This document shows positions 49,427 to 60,215 of a stretch of 64,000 nt of DNA, piece after piece. The translations under genes were made by a program, and so were the position numbers. Position 1 is the stretch's first letter. The number at the start of each line of letters is the position of its first letter. The stretch is from contig JBIOGB010000021.1 in the NCBI GenBank assembly GCA_044447665.1, positions 2,403 through 66,402 on the forward strand. The letters are read 5' to 3'. A model generated the notes under the pieces. That model made no database searches and was not told the origin of the DNA. It saw nothing but the letters and a program-made list of their open reading frames with translations. Origin of the DNA: Candidatus Acidiferrales bacterium. GTDB lineage: Bacteria; Acidobacteriota; Terriglobia; Acidiferrales; UBA7541.

Positions 49427-50406
49427 CAAAGATGACTTATCGCGAAGCCGTACGTGCGGCACTCCGCAAAGCCCTTCGAAGCGATCCTCGCGTTTTTCTG
49501 ATGGGCGAGGACGTGGGCCGCTACGGCGGAGCTTTTGCAGTAAGCCACGGCCTCCTCGGTGAGTTCGGACCGGAACGCATCCGCGACACTCCGCTTTCGG
49601 AATCGGCCTTTGTCGGCGCGGGGATTGGGGCGGCCCTCGGGGGCATGCGCCCTATCGTCGAGATCATGACAGTCAACTTCAGCATGCTGGCCATGGATCA
49701 AATTCTGAATAACGCTGCAACTTTGCGGCACATGTCCGGCGGGCAATTTAACGTTCCCCTCGTAGTCCGCGTGGCTACCGGTGGAGGTCGTCAGATGGCG
49801 GCGCAACATTCTCACAGCCTGGAGGGATGGTACGCTCACATTCCGGGCATCAAGGTGCTCACACCGGCGACCGTCGCCGATGCTTACGGAATGCTGCTGG
49901 CGGCGCTTCAAGAGCCCGATCCGGTTTTCCTCTTCGAACACGCGACCTTGTATCCGTTGGAAGGCGAAGTTGATGAAGCGGCAGGACAAGCAGACATCAG
50001 CCGAGCCGCGGTACGTCGCGCCGGTCAGGACATCACCCTCATCACGTATGGTGGCACGCTGGGAAAGACGATGCAGGCAGCCGATCTTCTCGCGAAGAAC
50101 GGCGTCGAAGCAGAAGTGATCGACTTGCGTCTTCTGCGTCCGCTCGACATCGCGACGATCGTAAACTCCGTGACCAAGACGCACCGCGCCGTGATTGTCG
50201 ACGAGGCTTGGCGCACCGGAAGCTTTGCGGCCGAGGTCAGCGCACAAATCATGGAACACTCCTTCGACGAGCTGGACGCGCCTGTGCAGCGCGTGTGCAG
50301 CGCCGAGGTTCCGATGCCCTACGCGAAACATCTCGAGACGGCAGCTCTACCCAAAGTGGAGGAAATCGTCAGCGCAGCGCAGAGGATGATTTCTCACCAT
50401 GGCTGA
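49423..50406 (+). CDS. pdhB: Pyruvate/2-oxoacid dehydrogenase E1 beta
   Basis: 'MGEDVG', 'DTPLSE', 'AQHSHS', '[10 protein letters not shown]'. Confidence 0.9.
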   Translation: MTKMTYREAVRAALRKALRSDPRVFLMGEDVGRYGGAFAVSHGLLGEFGPERIRDTPLSESAFVGAGIGAALGGMRPIVEIMTVNFSMLAMDQILNNAATLRHMSGGQFNVPLVVRVATGGGRQMAAQHSHSLEGWYAHIPGIKVLTPATVADAYGMLLAALQEPDPVFLFEHATLYPLEGEVDEAAGQADISRAAVRRAGQDITLITYGGTLGKTMQAADLLAKNGVEAEVIDLRLLRPLDIATIVNSVTKTHRAVIVDEAWRTGSFAAEVSAQIMEHSFDELDAPVQRVCSAEVPMPYAKHLETAALPKVEEIVSAAQRMISHHG

Positions 50407-51595
50407 ATTTCTCATGCCGCAGCTCGGCGCCGACATGAGTGCTGGCAAACTCTTGCGTTGGCGCAAGAGTGTTGGAGACCGAGTCCAACGCGGTGACATC
50501 ATCGCGGACGTTGAGACGGATAAAGCGGATATCGAGATCGAAATTTTTACGAGCGGGATGATTGAAAGATTCCTTGTCCAGCCGGGAGAAAAGGTTCCCG
50601 TCGGGACTCTTCTCGCAATCATCCGGCAGCAAGGAGAGGTAATCCAGCCGGGAGCAGTACGCGTTCCGACAGCGGTACCCAGTGTACCGGCCCCTGCAAG
50701 ACCAGCAGTTCCAACGCCTCCGCCTCCAGTACAGCCTTCCCTGGTTACAGAGAGGCCGGGACGTCTGCACATCTCCCCTGCCGCAAGAAAAATTGCGGCT
50801 GATCTTGGAATTGATCCAGCATCCCTTGTCGGAATCGGAACAGGCCCAGCAGGCCGAGTAACGATCGAAGATGTCCAGCAAGCCGCAAAAGCGAAAGCAG
50901 TGCAACCGAAGCCTGAAGTTGCACTGGACAGGCAAGCTCGAATGCGGCAAGTTATCGCCGCCGCGATGGCGCGTTCCAAGCGAGAGATCCCGCACTACTA
51001 CCTGAGCACCACGATCAACATGAGCCGCGCCATGGCCTGGCTTGCACAGGAGAATCTCAAACGCTCCGTCGAGGACCGGCTCGTATACGGAGTTCTTCTC
51101 GTCAAGGCCGTGGCACTCGCCTTACGGGAGACTCCGGAATTAAATGCTGTATGGACAGGCGGAAAGGCAACCCCGGGCTCGGAGGTCCATGTGGGATTGG
51201 CCATTTCCCTGAGGGGTGGCGGTCTCGTTGCTCCCGCGCTGCATAACACCGATCGACAGACTCTTGACGAATTGATGAGAAACTTTCGAGATGTAATTCA
51301 AAGAGCGCGCGCGGGTTCACTGCGGAGTTCCGAGCTGAGCGACACCACGATCACAGTTACCAGCTTGGGTGAACAAGGAGTTGAGACCGTTTTCGGTATC
51401 ATCTACCCTCCTCAGGTCGCGCTCGTGGGTTTTGGCAAGCTGGTCGAACGCCCGTGGTCGTCGGAGGGCAAGGTCATCTCGCAACCCGTTATCACAGCCT
51501 CGCTGTCGGCTGACCATCGAGTGAGCGATGGACACCGCGGCGCGCTCTTTCTCTCCGCTCTTGACCGCAAGCTCCAGGAACCGGAGAAGCTGTGA
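50399..51595 (+). CDS. pdhC: Dihydrolipoamide acyltransferase E2
   Basis: Lipoyl 'VETDKA', E3-binding 'ISPAARKIA', catalytic 'ADHRVSDG'. Confidence 0.9.
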   Translation: MAEFLMPQLGADMSAGKLLRWRKSVGDRVQRGDIIADVETDKADIEIEIFTSGMIERFLVQPGEKVPVGTLLAIIRQQGEVIQPGAVRVPTAVPSVPAPARPAVPTPPPPVQPSLVTERPGRLHISPAARKIAADLGIDPASLVGIGTGPAGRVTIEDVQQAAKAKAVQPKPEVALDRQARMRQVIAAAMARSKREIPHYYLSTTINMSRAMAWLAQENLKRSVEDRLVYGVLLVKAVALALRETPELNAVWTGGKATPGSEVHVGLAISLRGGGLVAPALHNTDRQTLDELMRNFRDVIQRARAGSLRSSELSDTTITVTSLGEQGVETVFGIIYPPQVALVGFGKLVERPWSSEGKVISQPVITASLSADHRVSDGHRGALFLSALDRKLQEPEKL

Positions 51596-51843
51596 CGAAA
51601 GACCAGGTCAAAGAAGTTGTACTTCGCGTTCTTGGCCAGATTGCTCCGGAGGCCGAATTGTCGCAGATCAAAACCAATCTCAGAATCCGCGACCAGTTGG
51701 ATATCGATTCCATGGACTTGTTGAACTTCGTGATCGGCTTGCACAAGGAACTAGGGGTTGACATTCCAGAAGCGGACTATCCTAAGCTCGCGACCTTGGA
51801 CGGTTGTATCGATTATCTTGCAGCTCGCGGAGAACGCCGCTAG
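51592..51843 (+). CDS. Acyl carrier protein
   Basis: '[11 protein letters not shown]' phosphopantetheine Ser, 'GVDIPEADY'. GTGA overlap with E2. Confidence 0.88.
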   Translation: MTKDQVKEVVLRVLGQIAPEAELSQIKTNLRIRDQLDIDSMDLLNFVIGLHKELGVDIPEADYPKLATLDGCIDYLAARGERR

Positions 51844-52154
51844 CGCACCGAGATTGAATGAAGAGAAGACAGAACACAGCCGTCAACCCAAGCCGATTCT
51901 GCCGTAGCGACTGGCGGCCGATTGAACCTGAAGCTTCGTAGCGGGTTTGAGATGACAACTGAACGACCTCGCAGCCATGGGAACGCTCAGCGCGTTATAA
52001 GGGTGTTTGCGCCTGCAGATTCGCGCAGGAGAGCAGGCCGAGAACGAGAAGCAAAGCGATCCGCGTCCACCGGCGAACGACCCGACCATTTTTCTCTTGC
52101 TTAGCCCTGGACGCAGCTTTCCCTATGGAAGTGCTTGCCCTATCCCTGCGTCTT

Positions 52155-52964
52155 TCAGCGCGGGGTCCATTGCGGGTGGCTGCTAAAAAGACCGCCCGCG
52201 AACCCGATCTGATAAGCGAGAAATAGGCCGAACCCCAAGCTGATCAGGCCAGAAGATACGCGGAGTCCCCAACCGATGCGCGAGGAAACTTTACCGGTAA
52301 GTACAACGGGCAAGCTGATCGCAGCTGTGATGAGAATCATGCCCGCGATGGTTCCGATGCCAAAGACGAGCAGGTAGACCACCGCCCAAAGGGGGTCGCG
52401 AATCGTCGCTAAAACGAGGAGCGCAACGGCGGCAGAGCCAGCCAGCCCGTGCACGATACCTACGACGAGGGGACGTACGAACTGGTACAGGCCGATGCGC
52501 CCGAAGTGGCAGTCGAACCAGGTCAGGGGGGTGTCCTCGGTACCGTGGTCGTGCCCCTCAGGATCGTGCGTGTGCGGGTGCAACTGGATGTGATCGCCGT
52601 GAACGTGCGGATAAGAGTGAGCTTCTATTTGGTCGCCGGGCGCGGAAGAAAAACGGCCGTTGATCCACTGGAGGAAACCAGTGAGGTTCATGATGCCGAG
52701 GAGAATCAGCATCAATGCAACGGAAAACTCCATGGACAGACCGATTCGTGTGGGAATGACCCATCCGAGGAGAACGATGGCACCACCGACCGCGACAATT
52801 GTGAGTGTGTGGCCGACTCCCCACAGCGCGCCAATCAGGGAAGCGTCCTTGATCGTACGGTGGCGCGCCACGATCGTGGTGACGGCGATGACGTGGTCGG
52901 GATCGGTAGCGTGGCGCATCCCGAGGAAAAAACCCAGCGCGATAATAGAGAGCAAGCTAATCAT
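52155..52964 (-). CDS. High-affinity nickel transporter (NicO/UreH-like)
   Basis: 'GMRHATDPDH', 'WGVGHT', His-rich loop, 'GIVHGLAGSA'. Confidence 0.88.
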   Translation of the reverse strand: MISLLSIIALGFFLGMRHATDPDHVIAVTTIVARHRTIKDASLIGALWGVGHTLTIVAVGGAIVLLGWVIPTRIGLSMEFSVALMLILLGIMNLTGFLQWINGRFSSAPGDQIEAHSYPHVHGDHIQLHPHTHDPEGHDHGTEDTPLTWFDCHFGRIGLYQFVRPLVVGIVHGLAGSAAVALLVLATIRDPLWAVVYLLVFGIGTIAGMILITAAISLPVVLTGKVSSRIGWGLRVSSGLISLGFGLFLAYQIGFAGGLFSSHPQWTPR

Positions 52965-53020
52965 TGCATCCAAAGTCCAAGTAAAGCCATCTTAAATGAA
53001 TGCCACGAAGAGTCATGCGC

Positions 53021-55351
53021 TCATTGAACTTTTTCCACTTCCGTATCCGTGGCTGATAGGAAGGATAAATCCTCCGAGCCCACGCGATGCGCGGCCACGA
53101 CAGCTTGGCCGAGACTGATTCCACCGTCTCCAGTGGGCACTTGAGAATGCGTATAGACTTCGAACCCTTCGCTTTGCAGTCGATGCTCCAAACCGTTTGC
53201 GAGACATGCGTTCTGAAAGGTCCCTCCACTCAAGCAGACAGTCTTCAAGGATGTCCGTTTGCGCAGAATCCGCGCAATTGCTGCCAGCGCTTCAACCAGC
53301 CCGTCATGGAAACGCCGGCTGATTTCCCCTGCCGTTGCACCCCGAAGCAAGTCTTCTACGATTGCCCGAAAAAGCGGCCTGCAGTCGATTTGTAAATGGT
53401 CACCTGCTTCGCTCAATCCAAAAGGATATGGCTGACCAGCGGCAGCTTCGTCTCGACACATTTCGAGTTCAACAGCCGCTTGCGCTTCGTAATTCACTTC
53501 GTGGCGAAGATTGACGAGTGCTGCCACAGCATCAAATAGGCGTCCACAACTAGAGGTGAGGGGAGAATTCACCTGACGTTCCATCATTTGAAGAACAGTT
53601 AGAACTCTTGTTTCCGAAATCTGCCGGAAGAGAGGGATGGGCAGTTTAAGCAGGTCGGGCCCGAAGGATGCCCACAGGTGGCTCACGGCCATACGCCATG
53701 GCTCACGAATCGCTGCCGCTCCGCCAGGCAAGGGAACGTAGGCGAGGTGCGCCGCGCGCTCGAAATTCAGGTAGTCCGCCAACAAGACTTCGCAGCCCCA
53801 GATGCGGCCGTCGGTGCCATAGCCAGTCCCATCAAGTGCGAATCCGATGACCCGTCCTTCGAGATGATTTTCGGCCATGCAACTGGCGATATGCGCATGA
53901 TGGTGTTGCACACCCACAGCCTTCATTTCACTCTGCTTCAGGGCCCAACGAGTGGCGAGATAATCCGGATGAAGGTCATACGTCACGATGGAGGGCCGAA
54001 GTTCGAGGATTTCTTGCATATGTTTGACAGTTTCCTGGAAAAACCTGTAGGCCTCGACATTTTCGAGATCACCGATGTGCTGGCTCAGAAACGCCTCAGG
54101 CCCCTTTAACAAACAGATTGTGCTCTTCAGTTCACCTCCGACGGCAAGGATGGCCGGGAATTCCTTCTTTAGAAATACCGGCACGGGCACAAAGCCGCGG
54201 GAACGGCGAAGCTGCCTTACGCGCCCTCCTACGCAACGAACCACGGAATCATCACAGCGGAGCAGGATCTCCCGGTTGTGCACCAGGAAATAATCAGCCA
54301 CGCCAGCCAGACGCATCACCGCTTCGGAGTTTTCTATGGCGATCGGCTCCTCACTCAAATTGCCGCTCGTCATAACCAGCGCTTGCAGTCGACTCTTCGC
54401 GAAGAGGACGTGATGCAAGGGCGTATAGGGAAGAAAAGCTCCGAGAAATTTGTTAAACGGTGCGACTTCCTCAGGAATACCACTCGAATCTTTGCGTTGG
54501 AGAAGCACGATGGGACGCTGAGGCCGTGTCAGTAAATCGCGCTCCTGAGTGTCGAGTTCACAGAATTGCGCGGCTGTTTCCAAGTTGGGAACCATAACGG
54601 CGAAAGGCTTTTCCACGCGGTGTTTGCGTGCTCGAAGCAGCCGCACCGCTTCGATGTTTGTAGCGTCCACTGCGAGATGAAAACCACCCAGTCCTTTGAC
54701 GGCTACGATGGCCCCACCACGCAAATATTGGGCAGCTTCTGCAATCGGATCATTGGATGAGCTGAGCCGCCCACGCCCATCCCATAGTTCCACTTGCGGG
54801 CCGCAGTCCCAACAAGCGTTTGGCTGCGCGTGGAAGCGGCGATTCAGCGGGTCCTCGTACTCCGCACGGCATGCCGCGCACATCGGAAAGACTGCCATCG
54901 ACGTTTGCGGACGATCGTATGGAATGGAGCGAACGATGGTGAAACGCGGGCCGCAATTCGTGCAGTTGATGAACGGATACAAGTAACGCCTGTCCGCCGG
55001 GTTGAACAACTCACCAAGGCAAGCGTCACAGATGGCGATGTCTGGTGGAATCAGGGTGCGAACGGTCTCAGACTTTTCACTGGGCAAAATCCGGAAGTCT
55101 TCGTCGCCATTCAGACTGATTTCTGTAACTTGGAACCCGGTGATCAGAGCCAGGGGTGGGGCTTCTGCGGGCAGCCGAGCCAGAAAGTCATCCACCACCT
55201 CGGGGAAACCCTGCACTTCAATGACGACTCCGGCGGCGGTGTTGGCGATTTGACCTGCGAGATGACACCCAGCCGCAAGGCGGTATACGAAGGGACGAAA
55301 TCCCACGCCTTGCACAATGCCAGAGACGCGTATTCGCCGGCGAACTTGCAT
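53021..55351 (-). CDS. hypF: Carbamoyltransferase HypF
   Basis: 'GIVQGVGFRPF', zinc fingers 'CTNCGPRF', 'HHHAH', 'DGTGYG', 'GDGGISLGQ'. Confidence 0.96.
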   Translation of the reverse strand: MQVRRRIRVSGIVQGVGFRPFVYRLAAGCHLAGQIANTAAGVVIEVQGFPEVVDDFLARLPAEAPPLALITGFQVTEISLNGDEDFRILPSEKSETVRTLIPPDIAICDACLGELFNPADRRYLYPFINCTNCGPRFTIVRSIPYDRPQTSMAVFPMCAACRAEYEDPLNRRFHAQPNACWDCGPQVELWDGRGRLSSSNDPIAEAAQYLRGGAIVAVKGLGGFHLAVDATNIEAVRLLRARKHRVEKPFAVMVPNLETAAQFCELDTQERDLLTRPQRPIVLLQRKDSSGIPEEVAPFNKFLGAFLPYTPLHHVLFAKSRLQALVMTSGNLSEEPIAIENSEAVMRLAGVADYFLVHNREILLRCDDSVVRCVGGRVRQLRRSRGFVPVPVFLKKEFPAILAVGGELKSTICLLKGPEAFLSQHIGDLENVEAYRFFQETVKHMQEILELRPSIVTYDLHPDYLATRWALKQSEMKAVGVQHHHAHIASCMAENHLEGRVIGFALDGTGYGTDGRIWGCEVLLADYLNFERAAHLAYVPLPGGAAAIREPWRMAVSHLWASFGPDLLKLPIPLFRQISETRVLTVLQMMERQVNSPLTSSCGRLFDAVAALVNLRHEVNYEAQAAVELEMCRDEAAAGQPYPFGLSEAGDHLQIDCRPLFRAIVEDLLRGATAGEISRRFHDGLVEALAAIARILRKRTSLKTVCLSGGTFQNACLANGLEHRLQSEGFEVYTHSQVPTGDGGISLGQAVVAAHRVGSEDLSFLSATDTEVEKVQ

Positions 55352-55358
55352 ACAGTCT

Positions 55359-56033
55359 TCAGGTGGCGGCAAAACTCTTACGGCTGGATTCCATCCGACC
55401 TTCGAGCCAGGACTGCCATTGTGGCAATCCCTCCCCGCTCAGGCACGAGAGCTCAATAGTCTCGATACCAGGATGCACCAACTGCGCGTTCTCACGAGCC
55501 TTCGCGAGACTGAAAGGCACATAGGGAACCAGGTCGATCTTATTTAGTATCAAGAGCTCTGATCTAAGAAACATCGCCGGATACTTGAGTGGCTTCTCCT
55601 CACCCTCCGCGACGCTCAAGACAACGATCTTCGCCGCCTCTCCGAGGTCGTAGCTCGACGGACAGACCAAGTTTCCGACATTCTCGATCAACAACAGATC
55701 GAGATCCTCCAGGCGCCATTCGCCCAGGGCTTTATCCACCATACGCGCGTCCAGATGACACGTGCCTCCGGTCGTGATTTGCCGCACGGGAAAACCAAAG
55801 CGAGCCAGCCGGACCGCATCGTTGTCCGTCTGGATGTCTCCCGTGAGGATTGCGACTCGCTGTTCTCGTGGAAAAGCTTCGAGTGTACGTTCGAGCAAAC
55901 TCGTCTTCCCTGCACCTGGTGAACTCACCAGATTCAGGCAGAGGATGCCATTCTCAGAGAAGCGGCTCCGCAAATCAGCCGCGATACGATCATTTTCGCT
56001 CAATACTTTCCACTCCAGAGGTACCCGATTCAT
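55359..56033 (-). CDS. hypB: Hydrogenase nickel incorporation GTPase HypB
   Basis: 'SSPGAGKT', 'CHLDA', 'ENVGNLVCP', 'NKID'. Confidence 0.96.
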   Translation of the reverse strand: MNRVPLEWKVLSENDRIAADLRSRFSENGILCLNLVSSPGAGKTSLLERTLEAFPREQRVAILTGDIQTDNDAVRLARFGFPVRQITTGGTCHLDARMVDKALGEWRLEDLDLLLIENVGNLVCPSSYDLGEAAKIVVLSVAEGEEKPLKYPAMFLRSELLILNKIDLVPYVPFSLAKARENAQLVHPGIETIELSCLSGEGLPQWQSWLEGRMESSRKSFAAT

Positions 56034-56377
56034 AAGTCCTCCATCTCCAAGTATGCCAATTCGAGTTCATTGCCACTCACAAATGTGGTCATTGTCTCGC
56101 CGCACGCGGGACACGCTGTGACGTAGTTGACGACCTCGAATTCGCTGCCACATCGCGGGCAGCGATGACGCTGCGCTCGCCGCTCGATCTCCAGAATGAC
56201 TGACTCCATCTCCGTTTCCTTGACCAGCGCCTCAAAACAGAAACTCAGGGCATCCGGGTCAACGCCGGCCAGATCTCCTATGCGAATTACAATTTTTGCC
56301 AATCTCATCGCCGGCCGGAGTTGCGCTTCCGCGCGGACTGCGTCTAGGACGGAGTTGGCGATTGCGAATTCGTGCAT
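56030..56377 (-). CDS. hypA: Hydrogenase maturation nickel metallochaperone HypA
   Basis: N-terminal 'MHE', two CxxC motifs. Confidence 0.95.
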   Translation of the reverse strand: MHEFAIANSVLDAVRAEAQLRPAMRLAKIVIRIGDLAGVDPDALSFCFEALVKETEMESVILEIERRAQRHRCPRCGSEFEVVNYVTACPACGETMTTFVSGNELELAYLEMEDL

Positions 56378-56381
56378 GGCA

Positions 56382-57443
56382 TCAACAAATACGAGGAAGC
56401 TGGTCGCCCGCGAGCATGTCCACGATCCGCATAGTGCCAAGAGTCGTGCGCACGACCACCAGGCCTGGATCCTCGGCGGTCACGGTGCCGATGATTTGGG
56501 CTTCGCGTCCGAGTGGATGACGCCGCATCGCATCTAACAGCGGTTCCGCCGCGCCGGGTTCCACGATGGCCACGAGTTTTCCTTCGTTGGCAACGTAGAA
56601 CGGGTCCAAACCCAACATCTCGCATGCGCCGCGCACTTCTTCGCGAATTGGAATGCTACGCTCCTCAAGCGTCATCCCAACACCGGATCGCGCAGCAATC
56701 TCGTTGAGCGAGCTGGACAACCCGCCGCGGGTCGGGTCTCTCATGCAGCGAATGCCCTCGGATGTCTTCAACATCTCGGCGACAAGGGAATGCAGGGGAG
56801 CGCTGTCACTTCGTACCGGGTTTTCAAACTCCAGGCCTTCGCGCACAGCGAGGATGGCGATCCCGTGTTCGCCGATGGGACCGCTTAGCAGGATGCGGTC
56901 GCCCGGGCGGGCAAGATCGGCGGACAAGTGCAAACCGGGCTTCACCGAACCAATTCCGGAGGTGTTGATGAACATTCCGTCGCAGCTTCCCTTCTCCACG
57001 ACTTTCGTGTCGCCCGTGACGACTTCGACCTGCGCTGCCGCAGCCGCGTTCCGAAACGACTCCACAACACGGCGAAGCGTCTCAAACGGAAGTCCCTCCT
57101 CCAGGATAAATGCCGCGCTGAGATAAAGTGGGCGCGCTCCCCCCATCGCCAGATCGTTGACGGTTCCATGGACGGCCAGCGACCCGATGTCGCCGCCCGA
57201 AAAAAAGAGAGGCTTCACAACGAATGAATCCGTCGTAAAGGCCAAGCATTCTCCGTTCACATTCACAATCGCCTGGTCATCGAGACGAGAAAGCACAGGG
57301 TTTTCGAATGCAGGCAAGAAAAAACGCTGGAGCAAATCGGCACTCAATCTCCCGCCGCTCCCGTGGCCCAACAGCACACGTTCAACCGCCCGCAAGGGTA
57401 CGGGACACGAAAGAGAGCTTAATGAGGGGGCTTGGTTAGCCAT
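56382..57443 (-). CDS. hypE: Hydrogenase maturation protein HypE
   Basis: 'GHGSGG', 'TTDSFVV', 'RDPTRGG', C-terminal 'LPRIC'. Confidence 0.96.
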   Translation of the reverse strand: MANQAPSLSSLSCPVPLRAVERVLLGHGSGGRLSADLLQRFFLPAFENPVLSRLDDQAIVNVNGECLAFTTDSFVVKPLFFSGGDIGSLAVHGTVNDLAMGGARPLYLSAAFILEEGLPFETLRRVVESFRNAAAAAQVEVVTGDTKVVEKGSCDGMFINTSGIGSVKPGLHLSADLARPGDRILLSGPIGEHGIAILAVREGLEFENPVRSDSAPLHSLVAEMLKTSEGIRCMRDPTRGGLSSSLNEIAARSGVGMTLEERSIPIREEVRGACEMLGLDPFYVANEGKLVAIVEPGAAEPLLDAMRRHPLGREAQIIGTVTAEDPGLVVVRTTLGTMRIVDMLAGDQLPRIC

Positions 57444-58551
57444 TGCAGGCCCTTTCTTGCAAAACCTTGTGCCTTCGATAGCGGTAGTACGCTGCGCATG
57501 CACCTTCCGCGGAGACCATGGGCGCACCGAGCGGACTCTCCGGCGTACACCTGTTTGCAAATGCCGGACAATCCGGCGGCTTTTTAAGCCCCTTGAGAAC
57601 CTGCGCGCTGATGCATTCGGTGGGTTCTTCGACCTTGATCTCTGACATGCCGAAGATTTTCTCTGCGTCATGCGCCGAGAACTCAGGGCGTATGCGCAGA
57701 CCGCTCCGCGGGATGGTGCCGATCCCGCGCCACTTCTGGTCGCACACTTCAAATACGGTTTCGACGATTTGCTGCGCCGGTAGATTCCCTTCACGCGTCA
57801 CGGAACGCACGTATTGGTTTTCCATCACTGCTTGCCCTTCTTCGAGCTGCCGCACCAGCATCAAAATGGCCTCCAGAAGATCGACTGGCTCGAAACCACC
57901 CACTACAATCGGAACGCGGAACTCCTTTACCATCTCTTCGTATTGCCGATAGCCCATTACCGTGCACACGTGGCCGGGGGCAATAAATCCTTGCACCCGA
58001 TTGTCAGGGGATCCCATAAGTAGCCGCATAGCAGGCGGAACCAAGACGTGGGATGCCAGAACGGAAAAGTTATTGAGTCCCTCCCGCCGCGCTTGCCAGA
58101 CGGCCATGGCGTTTGGGGGAGCAGTGGTTTCGAATCCGATTGCTAGAAAAACAACCTTCCGGCTGGGATTGGCCTTTGCAATCTTGAGCGCTTCGAGAGG
58201 CGAGTACACCACGCGCACATCGCTCCCGCTCGCCTTGGCGTGAAAGAGATCGGAAGTCGACCCTGGAACGCGCAGCATGTCGCCATAAGAAACGAGCGTC
58301 AAGTCCGTACGCGCGGCAAGCTCAAGAGCCTTGTCGATCGTTTCCAACGGAGTGACACAGACCGGGCACCCGGGCCCGTGAACGAGTTCCACTTCCCGTG
58401 GCAGAAGCTCGTCGATTCCGTACCGCATGATGGTATGCGTTTGGCCGCCGCAAATCTCCATCAACACCCACGGGTGTGTTACACGCTCGCGGATCTCTTG
58501 CGCGAGAGCGAGGGCAATCTTCTCGTCACGATACTCGTCGAGGTATTTCAC
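57436..58551 (-). CDS. hypD: Hydrogenase maturation protein HypD
   Basis: 'MEICGGQTH', 'GPGCPVC', 'GFETT', 'PGHV'. Confidence 0.96.
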   Translation of the reverse strand: MKYLDEYRDEKIALALAQEIRERVTHPWVLMEICGGQTHTIMRYGIDELLPREVELVHGPGCPVCVTPLETIDKALELAARTDLTLVSYGDMLRVPGSTSDLFHAKASGSDVRVVYSPLEALKIAKANPSRKVVFLAIGFETTAPPNAMAVWQARREGLNNFSVLASHVLVPPAMRLLMGSPDNRVQGFIAPGHVCTVMGYRQYEEMVKEFRVPIVVGGFEPVDLLEAILMLVRQLEEGQAVMENQYVRSVTREGNLPAQQIVETVFEVCDQKWRGIGTIPRSGLRIRPEFSAHDAEKIFGMSEIKVEEPTECISAQVLKGLKKPPDCPAFANRCTPESPLGAPMVSAEGACAAYYRYRRHKVLQERACNG

Positions 58552-58823
58552 TGCACCGTCTCCGAAGGTCCTTGCGCCGAAGGCGATAACTCGCCTTCGA
58601 GAAGCCCCATCGCTTCCAGAAGCTGGTAGGTGCGCTCAGCCTCTTCGCGGTCCACCCGGCTGATCGCGAATCCAACATGCACCACGACGTAATCGCCTAC
58701 CCCTGCTTCGGGGACAAAATCCAGGCAGACCTGATTGACGATTCCGCCGAATTCGACGCGGCCAGCGCACACGCCATCTTTTTTTGAAATGTCGAGAATC
58801 TTACCGGGAATTGCTAAGCACAT
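58548..58823 (-). CDS. hypC: Hydrogenase chaperone HypC
   Basis: 'MCLAIPG', 'VVHVGFAI'. Confidence 0.95.
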   Translation of the reverse strand: MCLAIPGKILDISKKDGVCAGRVEFGGIVNQVCLDFVPEAGVGDYVVVHVGFAISRVDREEAERTYQLLEAMGLLEGELSPSAQGPSETVQ

Positions 58824-58861
58824 GAAACGCTCCAGAGACCCAGCCTCTATTCGAAACCAGC

Positions 58862-59410
58862 TCACCCTTCCAAGGCCGGAATCGCCACACCTTTTTCTTC
58901 CGCTCCAACTGCCTCACATACAGAAGATTCGTTGGAAGGACCCCATCGGCAAAGTTCCGTCACTGCAGCTTCGACCAGAGCCGGCAAGGCTTGTAGCACG
59001 GGAATAGAAAGCACAGTGCCAAGTTCAGTAATCAAAGGCTGAACACCCAGGAGCACGATCTCTTTGGGTTCATAACCCATCATGCGAAGGGCATTCAAGA
59101 TATCCGCCAACGCCAGTTCGTGGACATTGCCATTCCCGGGAATTGAGCGGAGATCCTCGCCCGCGATCCGGAAAACCGTTCCCGGGGTAGCTCCCACGTC
59201 CACTGCGTCTAAAACCAAGAGACACGACGCATCACAAATGTACGGCACGAGCTCCAGCCCTTTCGTCCCGCCTTCCACCAAACTCACAAAGGGAGGAAGT
59301 CTCGGATCCTCCTCCAGATGCCGCAGCGCGAAAAGACCGATGGCGTCGTCGGAGCGGATGAGATTCCCCAGTGCTAGCACTACTATTTTCGGTGCGTCCG
59401 AAGGATCCAT
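58862..59410 (-). CDS. Hydrogenase maturation endopeptidase (HyaD/HybD)
   Basis: 'LGNLIRSDDAIG', 'EGGT', 'LDAV', 'VHE'. Confidence 0.92.
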   Translation of the reverse strand: MDPSDAPKIVVLALGNLIRSDDAIGLFALRHLEEDPRLPPFVSLVEGGTKGLELVPYICDASCLLVLDAVDVGATPGTVFRIAGEDLRSIPGNGNVHELALADILNALRMMGYEPKEIVLLGVQPLITELGTVLSIPVLQALPALVEAAVTELCRWGPSNESSVCEAVGAEEKGVAIPALEG

Positions 59411-59467
59411 GCGTCATTCCAGTTCTGCGAGCTGTGCCGCCGCGCAAGACATTTTTCCAGGCGGCCA

Positions 59468-60202
59468 CTAATCCTTGTGGTTGGCGGCTTTTGATTCTTG
59501 CACTTCTGCTTCCGGCAGAAATTTATAACCGGTAAAAATGCTTTCGATCAGGCCGTTGCGTTCTTCCGAGGAGACAAGCACTGCGCTGTACACGTGATGA
59601 ATCACAAAGATGAAAAACGCAAACATAATCAAGAAATGGCCAAGTCTTAGATAAGAGATGTCGATTAGGCGCGGAAGCCAGCCGATGAAAAACGACAGAA
59701 CTCGATTGCTCACGGTGTAACTATAAAGGGCCAGCCCCGTCACGATCTCTACAAACATCACGAGGTACATCACAGTGTACGTGGCTGTGGCCAGGGCATT
59801 GTGACCAATTACATGCACGATGTTCCGGCGAAAGAAGGTGTAGTAGGCGACCATGTCGCCGATTCCTCGCCATTGCTCACGCCGGATGGGAAGGAACGCT
59901 CTCCAGGCCGCCCATTTGTTCCCCTCAAAAAACCAGTACATCCGCAGAAGGAACGCCGCAATAAATACGGAGGCAGCCACCAGGTGAATGAAGCGCATGG
60001 TGCCCATCACGTACGCGGTTCTGGATCGTGCAATGAGAAATGGATTATGCATGTAGTAGCCGGTGAAGGAGAGAACGACAACGGAGGCGAAGATAAACCA
60101 GTGCGAAGCCCGGACCGGAAACTCCCACACATATACCCGGACGAAATCGTGTCCGGTGAATGGGGAGCGAAATTTGGCCCAAGCGTGTGTGGCAGAACTC
60201 AT
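59468..60202 (-). CDS. Ni/Fe-hydrogenase b-type cytochrome subunit
   Basis: 'VWEFPVRASHW', 'RFIH', 'GHNAL', 'HFLIM...IHHVY'. Confidence 0.92.
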   Translation of the reverse strand: MSSATHAWAKFRSPFTGHDFVRVYVWEFPVRASHWFIFASVVVLSFTGYYMHNPFLIARSRTAYVMGTMRFIHLVAASVFIAAFLLRMYWFFEGNKWAAWRAFLPIRREQWRGIGDMVAYYTFFRRNIVHVIGHNALATATYTVMYLVMFVEIVTGLALYSYTVSNRVLSFFIGWLPRLIDISYLRLGHFLIMFAFFIFVIHHVYSAVLVSSEERNGLIESIFTGYKFLPEAEVQESKAANHKD

Positions 60203-60215
60203 CGGCGCCTCCCTT

